Below are positions 30,732 to 39,971 of a stretch of DNA of 51,780 nt, piece after piece. Both the position numbers and the translations under genes were made by a program. The notes below the pieces were generated by a model. That model saw nothing but the letters and a program-made list of their open reading frames with translations, had not been told where the DNA came from and did no database searches. The stretch lies in the sequence record DRR723986_8715. The stretch is one strand, 5' to 3'. Positions within the stretch are counted from its first letter, which is position 1. Each line of letters starts with the position of its first letter.

Positions 30732-31094
30732 TTAGTACTGATTTGTAGCTAACAGAACTAAGGTACAAGCTACTTCAAATTCAATTTCATTTTCTCTTAA
30801 CAGTTCATATAATTCAGGATTTTCAGTACCTGGATTAAATATTACACGTTCTGGTTTTAAATCTAACAAATAATCATAATAGGCTTTTTGACGTTTAGGA
30901 TTTAAATACAGCGTAACAGTATCAATTTCAGAATATGATAAAAGCTCTGTATCAATTTCCACATCATTTACCTTACCATTTTTTAATCCAAATGCCTTAA
31001 CCTCATGATTATAACTACGTAATCTATTTATAGCAATGTTTGAATAACGTTGAGGGTTTAAAGACGCACCAAGAACTAATGTTTTTTTCTCCAT
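30732..31094 (-). CDS. CoA-binding protein (YccU-like)
   Basis: LVLGASLNPQRYS, VIFNPGTEN and ACTLV. Confidence 0.88.
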   Translation of the reverse strand: MEKKTLVLGASLNPQRYSNIAINRLRSYNHEVKAFGLKNGKVNDVEIDTELLSYSEIDTVTLYLNPKRQKAYYDYLLDLKPERVIFNPGTENPELYELLRENEIEFEVACTLVLLATNQY

Positions 31095-31095
31095 A

Positions 31096-31152
31096 TGTTA
31101 AAAAGTTGTTAAGCAATGTTAAATAGGGTAACATGATGTAAAAATAGTCGTC
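31096..31152 (+). promoter_or_regulatory. Three TGTTAA repeats followed by ECF-type promoter GGTAAC-N16-CGTC
   Basis: TGTTAA at 31096, 31107 and 31117; -35 at 31127-31132; -10 at 31149-31152; ATG at 31196. Confidence 0.6.
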
Positions 31153-31195
31153 TTAATTCTAAGAAACTATCAATCAATCAAAAAACAATCAAAAA

Positions 31196-33527
31196 ATGAA
31201 GCATTTCTTCTTAATGCTTTTAATGGTCTCATCAACCATTTTAAGCGCTCAACCCAATTCAAATTCAGAAATTAAATATGGTTCTGTTTCAGGCCGTATT
31301 ATGGATGCAGAACTCAATGAACCATTACCTTATGTTAATGTTATTATTATGGACATAAATGGTAAAATTATAACTGGAAGCATTACTAATCCTGATGGTA
31401 CCTTTAAAATTGAAAAAATTCCTGAAGGTAGCGTGAAAGTTGAAATAAAGTTTATTGGTTATGAAACTATTGAAAAGGAAATCATCATTGGCAAAAATGG
31501 ATATAAAATAAATGTCGGTGATATATTTCTTAAAGAAGATGTTGAAAATTTAGAAGAGGTAGTCGTTGTTGCAGAAACCTCTACCATTCAACAAAAAATT
31601 GACCGAAAGGTGATTAATGTAGGCAAAGACCTAACAACATCTGGGCCAACAGCCTCAGACATAATGAATAATATACCTTCAGTTAATGTAGATCAACAAA
31701 CAGGAAATATTGCCTTACGAGGTAATCAAAATGTACAGGTTATGGTAGACGGAAAATTATCTAATATACCAGCTGCACAATTATTAAAGCAATTACCTTC
31801 TACATCCATTAAACAAATTGAATTAATCACAAATCCGTCCGCCAAATATAATCCTGATGGTATGAGTGGTATCATCAATATTATACTCCATAAAAATGTG
31901 AATATAGGGTTTAATGGTAATGTAAATTTTGGACTTGGTTACCAACTTGTACCAAAAATTAATAGTTCTATTGATATGAACTACAGAAATGGCAAACTTA
32001 ATTTCTATGGAAGTTATGGTAATAATATTTCTGAAAATGCCAATTTTGGAATTTTAAAACAAACCGAATCCGACCTCACGCAATTATTTGATATAACTGA
32101 TGAAAGAAATTCTCATCTGTTCAAAGTAGGTGTAGATTATTACATAAATGATAAAAACACCTTTTCAATATTTACAAATCAAAATATATTTGATGGTGGT
32201 GCACTTGGTGAAACAGAATTAATTTTTAGTAACAATTCTAGTAATAATCAGTTACAATTATTTGATAACAATAATGAAAACAATAGCCAGCAGTATAATG
32301 TAAACTATAAGTTAGATTTTGATAAAGAAGGTCATAACATAGAGCTCGAAGCAGATCACAACATTTTTGATAATGACATTTTCACAGACAATAATTTTAG
32401 TGATGTTGGCAGTAGACCTGACTTTGATGAATTTACTAAGGTAGATAGAGCACGTACTGAAATAAATCTAGATTATATTAATCCGCTTACAGAATCATCA
32501 AAATTAGAAATTGGCTTACAAGCACGATTATTTGAAAATGAAATAGATTATTTCTCAGATGCACGTATACAAAATTCCTCAGGAGAGTTTATTCCATCTG
32601 CAACAAATTTTAATTATGAGCGAAATATTTATTCAGCATATACTAGTTACAATAAAAAATTAGAAAAATGGTCTTATCAGTTGGGCTTAAGAGCGGAATC
32701 TGTAAATGTAGAGGCACTAGCTTTAGATACTGACCTAACTAATAATTTAACTACAGAATTCCCCTTTGAAAATGATTATTTTCAGGTATATCCCTCCGTT
32801 TTTGTTACCTATCAAGCTACCGAGAAAAACTCATATCAGAAATTTAGAAAAAGGAAGCATCACTGCTGGTGTTTTCTATAGATTAATTGAAGACGAAATA
32901 AATCAAGGAGTCTTTGTAGATCGTTCTACTTTAGGCAGTGGTAGAGTAATATTAAAAGTAGATAATTTTGATAATACTTCGGCTTATGGACTTGAAGTTT
33001 CTGGTAACTACAGACCAACTAAATGGTGGAGTTTCAATGCTAGTTTTGACCTCTATGGACGAAAGCAAAGAGGGTTTGCAGAAGAGCTAGACCCATCAAT
33101 ACCCAATCCAACAGAAAATGATATCGAATTAAATAAGGTTGAAGTTGATAACCTCATCTATAATTTTAGAATATTCAACAATTTTAAAGTAACTAAGAAA
33201 TTATCTTTTTCAGCTTTTGCAATGTATCGTGGTAAAGATACGGGTCTTAACTTTGAAATGGATCCTATGTATTTTGTCAATTTAGGTATGAGATATAACT
33301 TCTTAGAAGTAAATAGAGCCACTTTTAGTCTAAACTTTATTAATGTTTTTGACACACAGGAAATAAATATCCTAAGTGAAAGGCCATTTAGACAAGAAGT
33401 AAACTTTGTGCCAGAGTTTAAGACAATTTTTGCTGGTTTATCTTATCGATTTGGCGGAGGTAAATACAGAGCAAAATCTAGAAAAAGGAGAGATAATGAT
33501 GAAAAATCTGGTGGTGGATTTTTATAA
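31196..33527 (+). pseudogene. TonB-dependent receptor / outer-membrane beta-barrel protein, split by a frameshifting internal deletion near 32838
   Basis: CarboxypepD_reg-like N-domain and plug (ELITNPSAKYNPDG). Frame 1 is barrel-like up to KNSYQ; frame 2 resumes at RNLEKGSITAGVFYR and ends LSYRFGGG... Confidence 0.82.
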
Positions 33528-33532
33528 TAAAC

Positions 33533-33558
33533 TGTCACAATTAATATCGTTAGCTGTC
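33533..33558 (+). promoter_or_regulatory. Putative ECF-type promoter TGTCAC-N16-TGTC
   Basis: One mismatch in each element relative to TGTAAC/CGTC, same spacing. Confidence 0.4.
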
Positions 33559-33565
33559 TTTAATA

Positions 33566-33665
33566 GTATAAGAAATATTTAATAGCCTACAGAAATAGTT
33601 GATGGTTAGTGTTAATGTTTGCCTATTAAATAAAGAAAACCCGAAACGCCTTGTTTCGGATTTTT
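33566..33665 (+). ncRNA. Candidate sRNA 1 (or structured 3' UTR)
   Basis: 10-bp stem TATTTAATAG (33576-85) / CTATTAAATA (33623-32) enclosing GTTGATGGTTAGTGTT; terminator CCGAAAC/GTTTCGG plus T5; 5' end approximate. Confidence 0.45.
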
Positions 33666-33720
33666 GTTAAAATTTAGCTAAATGTGTTAAAGTTTGAAAT
33701 AAAACAGAAACTATTACGTC
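33665..33720 (+). promoter_or_regulatory. TGTTAA repeats followed by ECF-type promoter TGAAAT-N16-CGTC
   Basis: TGTTAA at 33665 and 33685; -35 at 33695-33700; -10 at 33717-33720; same layout as 31096-31152. Confidence 0.55.
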
Positions 33721-33726
33721 TATAGA

Positions 33727-33839
33727 TGAGAGATAAGTTTTAAGTAATAATGGTTATAAAATTTAGGTTTTATAATTTAGTGTTAGTTAAAGTTGGTTAA
33801 TAGCTGAAAAAGCTCAGACAATCAGTCTGGGCTTTTTTT
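33727..33839 (+). ncRNA. Candidate sRNA 2
   Basis: Lies between the ECF promoter and terminator AGCTCAGAC/GTCTGGGCT plus T tract (the G-U pair works on the + strand). Internal hairpin TTATAAAA/TTTTATAA and motif TTAGTTAAAGTTGGTTAAT; no credible ORF. Confidence 0.5.
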
Positions 33840-33858
33840 ATTCTATTTAACTATTTTC

Positions 33859-34857
33859 CTACCAATTCATAATTACACTTCCCCAAGTAAATCCGCTACC
33901 AAAGGCAGCCAATACAACAGTATCTCCATCTTTTATTTTACCTTCTTCCCAAGCTTCAGTTAGTGCTATAATTATAGAACCTGCAGTAGTGTTACCATAC
34001 TTCATAATGTTATTAAATACTTGGTCATCTCTTAAAGCAAATTTTTTCTGAATGTATTGTGCAATTCTAAGATTCGCCTGGTGAGGGATAAACATATCAA
34101 TATCATCCTTTGATAAATTATTGGCTTTTAATCCTTCCATAATTACCTCACTAAAACGCACTACAGCATTTTTAAAAACAAAAGTACCATCCATGTAAGG
34201 AAAGTAAGAATCATCATTCTCTGTTTTAGCAATATCCTCTACCCAGTGTCTTATACTAGGAGCTTTTACAATAAGTTTATCTGCATACTTACCTTGACTA
34301 TGCAGGTGAGACGATAAAATACCAGAATCGCTATCCGATCTAGACAAAACGCAAGCACCTGCTCCATCTCCAAAAATCACAGAAACACCACGACCTCTCG
34401 TCGTTTTGTCTAATCCATTATTATGATATTCCGCACCAATAACCAATACATTTTTATACATCCCTGTTTTTATATATTGATCTGCGACAGAAATTGCATA
34501 GACAAACCCTGAGCATTGATTTCTAATATCAATAGCTCCAATTGTAGGCATATCTAGCATTTCTTGTACTTGTACACCACAACCAGGAAAATAATAATCT
34601 GGAGTCATTGTGGCAAAAACAATAAAATCTATATCATCCTTTGTTAAGCCAGCACGTTCAATAGCTATTTTCGCAGCTTTTGAACCCATCGATGCTGATG
34701 TGTCCTCACTATCTTTTTTTACCCAACGGCGTTCTTTTATCCCTGTACGTTCTTGTATCCATTCGTCATTGGTATCCATCATTTTAGATAGATCATCATT
34801 AGTTACAACCTGTTCAGGTAAATATTTGCCTAGTCCTGTAATTTTCGATTTATACAT
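33859..34857 (-). CDS. fabH: 3-oxoacyl-ACP synthase III
   Basis: Catalytic NQCSGF, PHQAN and YGNT motifs plus AFGSGFTWG; start set at MYKSK. Confidence 0.93.
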   Translation of the reverse strand: MYKSKITGLGKYLPEQVVTNDDLSKMMDTNDEWIQERTGIKERRWVKKDSEDTSASMGSKAAKIAIERAGLTKDDIDFIVFATMTPDYYFPGCGVQVQEMLDMPTIGAIDIRNQCSGFVYAISVADQYIKTGMYKNVLVIGAEYHNNGLDKTTRGRGVSVIFGDGAGACVLSRSDSDSGILSSHLHSQGKYADKLIVKAPSIRHWVEDIAKTENDDSYFPYMDGTFVFKNAVVRFSEVIMEGLKANNLSKDDIDMFIPHQANLRIAQYIQKKFALRDDQVFNNIMKYGNTTAGSIIIALTEAWEEGKIKDGDTVVLAAFGSGFTWGSVIMNW

Positions 34858-34932
34858 ATTAAAAGGGGAAAATTTATGAATAACAAAAATAATCAATTAA
34901 AAACGAACTGATTTTAATCAGATTTGTAATTA

Positions 34933-34946
34933 TTATGCACGCATAA
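34933..34946. promoter_or_regulatory. Palindromic operator TTATGC-AC-GCATAA between divergent fabH and htpG
   Basis: Perfect 6-bp inverted repeat in the divergent intergenic region. Confidence 0.45.
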
Positions 34947-34952
34947 CAAATG

Positions 34953-34992
34953 TGTCAGTTTGTCATATTTTAAGTATTGGTATTTTATTTGA
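34953..34992 (+). promoter_or_regulatory. TGTCA-N3-TGTCA box and sigma-54-like promoter TGGTAT-N5-TTGA upstream of htpG
   Basis: TGTCAGTTTGTCA at 34953-34965; -24/-12-like element at 34978-34992. Confidence 0.45.
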
Positions 34993-35037
34993 CTATAATG
35001 AATTGATAATAATAAATTATACTAAAAACTAAATATC

Positions 35038-36948
35038 ATGACAAAAGGAAGCATTAATGTATCGGTAGAAAATATCTTTCCGTTAATTAAAAAGTTCTTA
35101 TACAGTGATCACGAAATATTTTTACGTGAACTTATCAGTAATGCAACTGATGCTACTCTAAAATTAAAGCACCTTACAAGCATAGGTGAATCCAAGACAG
35201 AATATGGCAATCCACAAATTGAAATAAAAATAGATAAAGACAACAAGAAACTTCATGTCATTGACCAAGGACTTGGTATGACAGCTGAAGAGGTTGAAAA
35301 GTACATCAACGAAGTTGCTTTTTCAGGTGCTGAAGAATTCTTAAACAAATACGAAGATTCTGCCAAAGATTCTGGTATTATTGGTCATTTTGGTCTTGGT
35401 TTTTATTCAGCTTTTATGGTGGCCGATAAAGTAGAAATCATTACTAAATCACATACAGATGCTCCTGCAGCTCACTGGACGTGTGATGGTTCACCTGAGT
35501 TCACCTTAGAAGAATCGGATAAAAAAGATAGAGGAACAGAAATAATTTTACACATTTCTGAAGGCGAAGAAGAATTTTTAGAAGAATCTCGTATCCGTGA
35601 GCTTTTAACTAAGTACAATAAGTTTATGCCTGTTCCTATTAAATTCGGAACAAAAGAAATAAAGGATCCAGATTTTACACCAAAAACAACAACTGATGCA
35701 GACGGCAAGGAAATTACTGAGCCGCACAAGCAAATCACAGTTGATGACATTATAAATAACCCAAATCCTGCATGGACAAAACAACCTGCAGATTTAAAAG
35801 ATGAAGACTATAGTTCTTTCTACAGAGAATTGTATCCTATGCAATTTGAAGAGCCATTATTCAATATTCATCTTAATGTAGATTATCCTTTCAACTTAAC
35901 GGGAATATTATATTTCCCTAAGATGACCAATGATCTTAACATTCAGAAGGATAAAATTCAGTTATATCAAAATCAAGTTTTTGTAACAGATAATGTTGAA
36001 GGTATTGTACCAGAATTCTTAACCATGTTGCGTGGTGTCATTGATTCGCCAGATATACCATTAAATGTTTCACGTTCGTATTTACAAGCTGATGGGGCGG
36101 TGAAGAAAATTTCATCTTACATTACACGCAAGGTTGCAGATAAGTTAAAGTCACTTTTTAATAATAATCGTGAAGATTTTGAAAAGAAATGGGATGACAT
36201 TAAAATCGTAATTGAATACGGGATGTTATCTGAAGAAAAATTCTTTGAAAAGGCAGATGCTTTTGGGCTCTACCCAACAGTAGATGGTAAATATTACACG
36301 TTTGAAGAGTTAACCAATGCTATTAAAGCTAAGCAAACAGACAAAGACGACAAAATGGTTATTCTTTATGCATCTAATAAGGATAAACAACATAGTTACA
36401 TTCAAGCTGCAAAAGACAAGGATTATGAAGTACTTTTATTAGACTCTCCAATTGTGAGCCATCTAATGCAAAAGCTAGAAACAACTAAAGAGAATATTTC
36501 TTTTGCACGTGTAGACGCTGATCATATTGACAATTTAATTAAGAAAGATGATACAGCTATTTCAAAATTATCTGATGAAGAAAAGACCAAGTTAGATGAG
36601 TTACTAAAAGAAGTAGTGCCTTCTGAAAAATTCATGGTACAGCTAGAAACTATGCATAGTAGCGCGTCACCATTTATGATTACACAGCCAGAATTCATGC
36701 GTCGTATGAAAGAAATGCAACAAACTGGCGGAGGCGGTATGTTTGGCATGGGTAATATGCCAGAAATGTACAACTTGGTAGTAAATACAAATCATGACTT
36801 AGTGAATGAAATTCTAAATACCAAAACACGTAAAAAACAAGAACGTTTAATTAATCAGAGTTTAGACTTAGCACGTTTATCTCAAGGCCTTTTAAAAGGT
36901 GAAGAGTTAACAAACTTCATTAAGCGTAGCTATGATATGATAAAGTAA
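35038..36948 (+). CDS. htpG: Molecular chaperone HtpG (Hsp90)
   Basis: LYSDHEIFLRELISNATDA, DQGLGMT, IGHFGLGFYSAF and DIPLNVSRS. Confidence 0.97.
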   Translation: MTKGSINVSVENIFPLIKKFLYSDHEIFLRELISNATDATLKLKHLTSIGESKTEYGNPQIEIKIDKDNKKLHVIDQGLGMTAEEVEKYINEVAFSGAEEFLNKYEDSAKDSGIIGHFGLGFYSAFMVADKVEIITKSHTDAPAAHWTCDGSPEFTLEESDKKDRGTEIILHISEGEEEFLEESRIRELLTKYNKFMPVPIKFGTKEIKDPDFTPKTTTDADGKEITEPHKQITVDDIINNPNPAWTKQPADLKDEDYSSFYRELYPMQFEEPLFNIHLNVDYPFNLTGILYFPKMTNDLNIQKDKIQLYQNQVFVTDNVEGIVPEFLTMLRGVIDSPDIPLNVSRSYLQADGAVKKISSYITRKVADKLKSLFNNNREDFEKKWDDIKIVIEYGMLSEEKFFEKADAFGLYPTVDGKYYTFEELTNAIKAKQTDKDDKMVILYASNKDKQHSYIQAAKDKDYEVLLLDSPIVSHLMQKLETTKENISFARVDADHIDNLIKKDDTAISKLSDEEKTKLDELLKEVVPSEKFMVQLETMHSSASPFMITQPEFMRRMKEMQQTGGGGMFGMGNMPEMYNLVVNTNHDLVNEILNTKTRKKQERLINQSLDLARLSQGLLKGEELTNFIKRSYDMIK

Positions 36949-36973
36949 GAATTCATCTTAATGAATTATTGAG

Positions 36974-37005
36974 AAAACCACCTTAAATCATTAAGGTGGT
37001 TTTTT
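36974..37005 (+). terminator. Intrinsic terminator of htpG
   Basis: AAAACCACCTTAA-ATCA-TTAAGGTGGTTTT plus T tract. Confidence 0.85.
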
Positions 37006-37089
37006 GTTAAAGCACAAATCTCTTAACATATGTAAACGACTCATTTCAAATATTTTACGTCTATTGTATAGACGATTAAATAGGTTATT

Positions 37090-37674
37090 TTGCGCTCAGA
37101 TAATCCCAAAATAAAAGACATCTTCAAAGACCTTGTTTTCGATGAATACGAAATAGAAATTATCACGTCTGTTTTTCATAAAGTCGAAGCAGAAAAGAGC
37201 ACCATATTATTACATCCAGGAGATTATGTTAACGAGCATTATTATATTTTAGATGGTTGTTTAAGAGCTTTTCATATTGATGAACATGGCAAAGAACATA
37301 CCGTACAATTTGGTATTAAAGATTGGTGGATTAGTGATTATACCGCTTTTTTTACTGGTGAAAAATCTATAATGACTATTGAGGTAATTCAAGATGCCAT
37401 TATTTACCGCATTAACGAAAAAGACAAAGAATACCTATATGCTCAAATACCTAAAATTGAGCATTTTTTTAGGGTAAAACTTGAAAAAGCTTTTGCAGCA
37501 TTCCAATCTAGAATTTTACGAAATTTATCACAAAATGCTACTGAACGTTATCTTAATTTTATTAAAGCCTATCCTAATATTGAAAAAGTAGTAAAAAACT
37601 ATCATATAGCCTCTTATTTAGGAATTACCACTGTTACGCTTAGTAGAATTAGAAGTGAACTTGCACAATCTTAG
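37090..37674 (+). CDS. Crp/Fnr family transcriptional regulator (start codon uncertain)
   Basis: cNMP-binding domain (YYILDGCLRAF..DEHGKEHTVQF) and HTH (IASYLGITTVTLSRIR). Confidence 0.88.
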   Translation: MRSDNPKIKDIFKDLVFDEYEIEIITSVFHKVEAEKSTILLHPGDYVNEHYYILDGCLRAFHIDEHGKEHTVQFGIKDWWISDYTAFFTGEKSIMTIEVIQDAIIYRINEKDKEYLYAQIPKIEHFFRVKLEKAFAAFQSRILRNLSQNATERYLNFIKAYPNIEKVVKNYHIASYLGITTVTLSRIRSELAQS

Positions 37675-37679
37675 TTTTA

Positions 37680-37723
37680 TTAACATACATTAATTTTTAT
37701 CTGACCTTTTAAAAATATATTTA
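37680..37723 (+). promoter_or_regulatory. Crp/Fnr-type box TTAACATACATTAA with -7-like TATATTTA
   Basis: Near-palindrome right after the crp gene; a similar box TTAACATATGTAAA lies at 37023-37036. Confidence 0.45.
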
Positions 37724-37771
37724 CTTCAACTAACAAAACTAACTCAAATAGTTACCTAAGAATTAATGGTT

Positions 37772-37806
37772 AAAAAGCACAAGTAATTTTACTTGTGCTT
37801 TTTTTA
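37772..37806 (+). terminator. Intrinsic terminator
   Basis: AAAAAGCACAAGTAA-TT-TTACTTGTGCTTTTT. Confidence 0.8.
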
Positions 37807-37832
37807 TAACTTTAGATTCTAAAGACTTAATA

Positions 37833-39008
37833 ATGATAAAGACTAATTCGCGGCGCTCATTTATTAAAAAAAGTGCCTTAGTAAGTATAGCTATACCAAT
37901 TTTAGGTACCCACCTCTTAAGCTGTGATTCTGAGCCAAAAAAACAAGGCGTTAAGTCTTCTAAAAATGGAACAAAATTAAAAATTCTAATCCTAGGTGGT
38001 ACCAGTTTTTTAGGACCACATCAAATTTCTTATGCGCTTTCTCGTGGCCATTCAGTTACCACTTTTACCAGAGGTAAAACTATACCAAGAATACATACCC
38101 AATTATTTGATAAAGTTGAACAATTAATTGGTGATAGAGAAAATAACCTTAAGGCATTAGAAAACAGAAAATGGGATGTGGTTATTGATAACTCTGGGCA
38201 CAAAGTAGAATGGACTAGAGCTACTGCAAATCTGTTAAAAGATAATGTAGAACTGTATATGTACACATCATCTACGGGAGTTTATTACCCTTATTTATCA
38301 AATAGCATTACTACAGATACTGAAGTCGCTCTAAAAATGCCTGAGAATCCTACAGAAGAAGAAAAGTATGAAATGGAATATGGTGTAATGAAAGCGAATT
38401 CTGAACTAGAGGCTATCAATGAATTCGGTAAAAATAGAACCACAATAATACGCCCTACTTATATGTTGGGACCAGGTGATCGTACAGATAGATTTGCGCA
38501 TTGGCCAGTGCGATTATCTAAAGGTGGTGAGGTTATGATTCCTGGAAAAACTGATGATACTGTACAATATATAGATGTGAGAGATATGGCTGAATGGTTT
38601 ATAAGATTGGCGGAAAATAAAATCGCTGGTACTTTTAATGGTGTTGGGCCTAAGAAAACCCAAACTATGCAACAGTTTATTAAAAGTGCAGGAGCATCAT
38701 TTGATGCTAAACATAATTTTGTGATGATTGATGATTATGATTTTTTAAAGAAAAACAACATTTATTATTCGATACCATGGATTATGGCAGATAAAACTCA
38801 CGTAGGATCCGCAAAAATCTCAAATACTAAGTCTATAAAAGAAGGATTGACATATAGACCATTAAAGGATACAATTATTGACACCTTAAACTGGTGGAAT
38901 TCTGATGCTGTTACAGAAGAGAGAAAATCTAATTTCAATACAGCATTAGCAACAATGACTACCAATGAACAAAAAATAATAGAAGATTGGAAGACAAAAA
39001 GAGACTAA
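37833..39008 (+). CDS. NAD-dependent epimerase/dehydratase family protein with Tat (lipo)signal
   Basis: SRRSFIK twin-arginine, LLSC lipobox, ILGGTSFLG Rossmann motif and YGVMK (YxxxK). Confidence 0.85.
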   Translation: MIKTNSRRSFIKKSALVSIAIPILGTHLLSCDSEPKKQGVKSSKNGTKLKILILGGTSFLGPHQISYALSRGHSVTTFTRGKTIPRIHTQLFDKVEQLIGDRENNLKALENRKWDVVIDNSGHKVEWTRATANLLKDNVELYMYTSSTGVYYPYLSNSITTDTEVALKMPENPTEEEKYEMEYGVMKANSELEAINEFGKNRTTIIRPTYMLGPGDRTDRFAHWPVRLSKGGEVMIPGKTDDTVQYIDVRDMAEWFIRLAENKIAGTFNGVGPKKTQTMQQFIKSAGASFDAKHNFVMIDDYDFLKKNNIYYSIPWIMADKTHVGSAKISNTKSIKEGLTYRPLKDTIIDTLNWWNSDAVTEERKSNFNTALATMTTNEQKIIEDWKTKRD

Positions 39009-39937
39009 TAAAATCTCAACTACATCCTAGAAGTCAGCACAGAGAACGTTATATATTTGAAGACCTTATAAAAAGCTCACCAGAATTATCCAATTACGTG
39101 GCACCTAACAAATATGGTGATGATTCGGTAGATTTCTTTAACCCAAAGGCCGTATTGGCTTTAAATAAAGCACTTCTATTTCATCACTATGGTTTAGAAT
39201 ATTGGGATATTCCGAAGAATTATTTGTGTCCACCAATTCCTGGGCGTGCAGATTACATACATAATATCGCAGATCTTTTAGAAGAAACTGGGAATGAAAT
39301 TCCAAAGGGAAATAAAATTAAAGGACTTGATATTGGAGTTGGAGCAAGTTGCATTTATCCCATAATTGGAAATTATGAATATGGTTGGTCATTTAATGCT
39401 AGCGATATTAATGAAAATGCAATTGCTTCTGCCAAAGCCATACAAGAAAGAAACTCAAGGCTTTTGAATAATTTAGACATCCGACATCAAGGACAATCTA
39501 ATTCATTTTTTAAGGGTATAATAAAACCAGAAGAAAAAGTTGATTTCACCTTGTGCAACCCACCTTTTCATTCTTCAGGAGAAGAGGCACAAAAAGCTAG
39601 TCTCAGAAAGTTAAAAAACCTAAAAGGAAAGCAACCAAGCAAACAGGTTCTAAATTTTGGTGGCCAACAAAATGAGTTATGGACCAAAGGTGGTGAAGCA
39701 CGCTTTGTGAAAGACATGATTTATGAAAGTCGACATTTTAGACAGCAATGCTTATGGTTTACAAGTTTAATATCAAAAGAAACGACTTTAAAACCAACTT
39801 ATAAGATATTAGAGAAAGTAAAAGCAATTGACGTGAAAACCATTGAAATGGGTCAAGGCCAGAAAATAAGCCGATTTATAGCATGGACATTTTTAACAGT
39901 GCAAGAACAAAAAGCTTGGGTTAATGAGCGTTGGTAA
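38987..39937 (+). CDS. rlmF: 23S rRNA (adenine(1618)-N6)-methyltransferase
   Basis: LHPR, LCPPIPGRADYIH, DIGVGASCIYP, CNPPF and MGQGQK. Confidence 0.93.
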   Translation: MEDKKRLIKSQLHPRSQHRERYIFEDLIKSSPELSNYVAPNKYGDDSVDFFNPKAVLALNKALLFHHYGLEYWDIPKNYLCPPIPGRADYIHNIADLLEETGNEIPKGNKIKGLDIGVGASCIYPIIGNYEYGWSFNASDINENAIASAKAIQERNSRLLNNLDIRHQGQSNSFFKGIIKPEEKVDFTLCNPPFHSSGEEAQKASLRKLKNLKGKQPSKQVLNFGGQQNELWTKGGEARFVKDMIYESRHFRQQCLWFTSLISKETTLKPTYKILEKVKAIDVKTIEMGQGQKISRFIAWTFLTVQEQKAWVNERW

Positions 39938-39971
39938 ATTATTCTTATAACTTTGCCTCAAAATACAACTA

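Noticed and set aside
32830-32850. Programmed -1 frameshift in the barrel gene
   Set aside because: There is no in-frame X XXY YYZ slippery heptamer at the junction, and a conserved segment is missing, which points to a deletion.
33602-33800. Short ORFs MVSVNVCLLNKENPKRLVSDFC and MVIKFRFYNLVLVKVG
   Set aside because: They run through hairpins or a terminator and have no recognisable features; RNA-level structure explains the region better.
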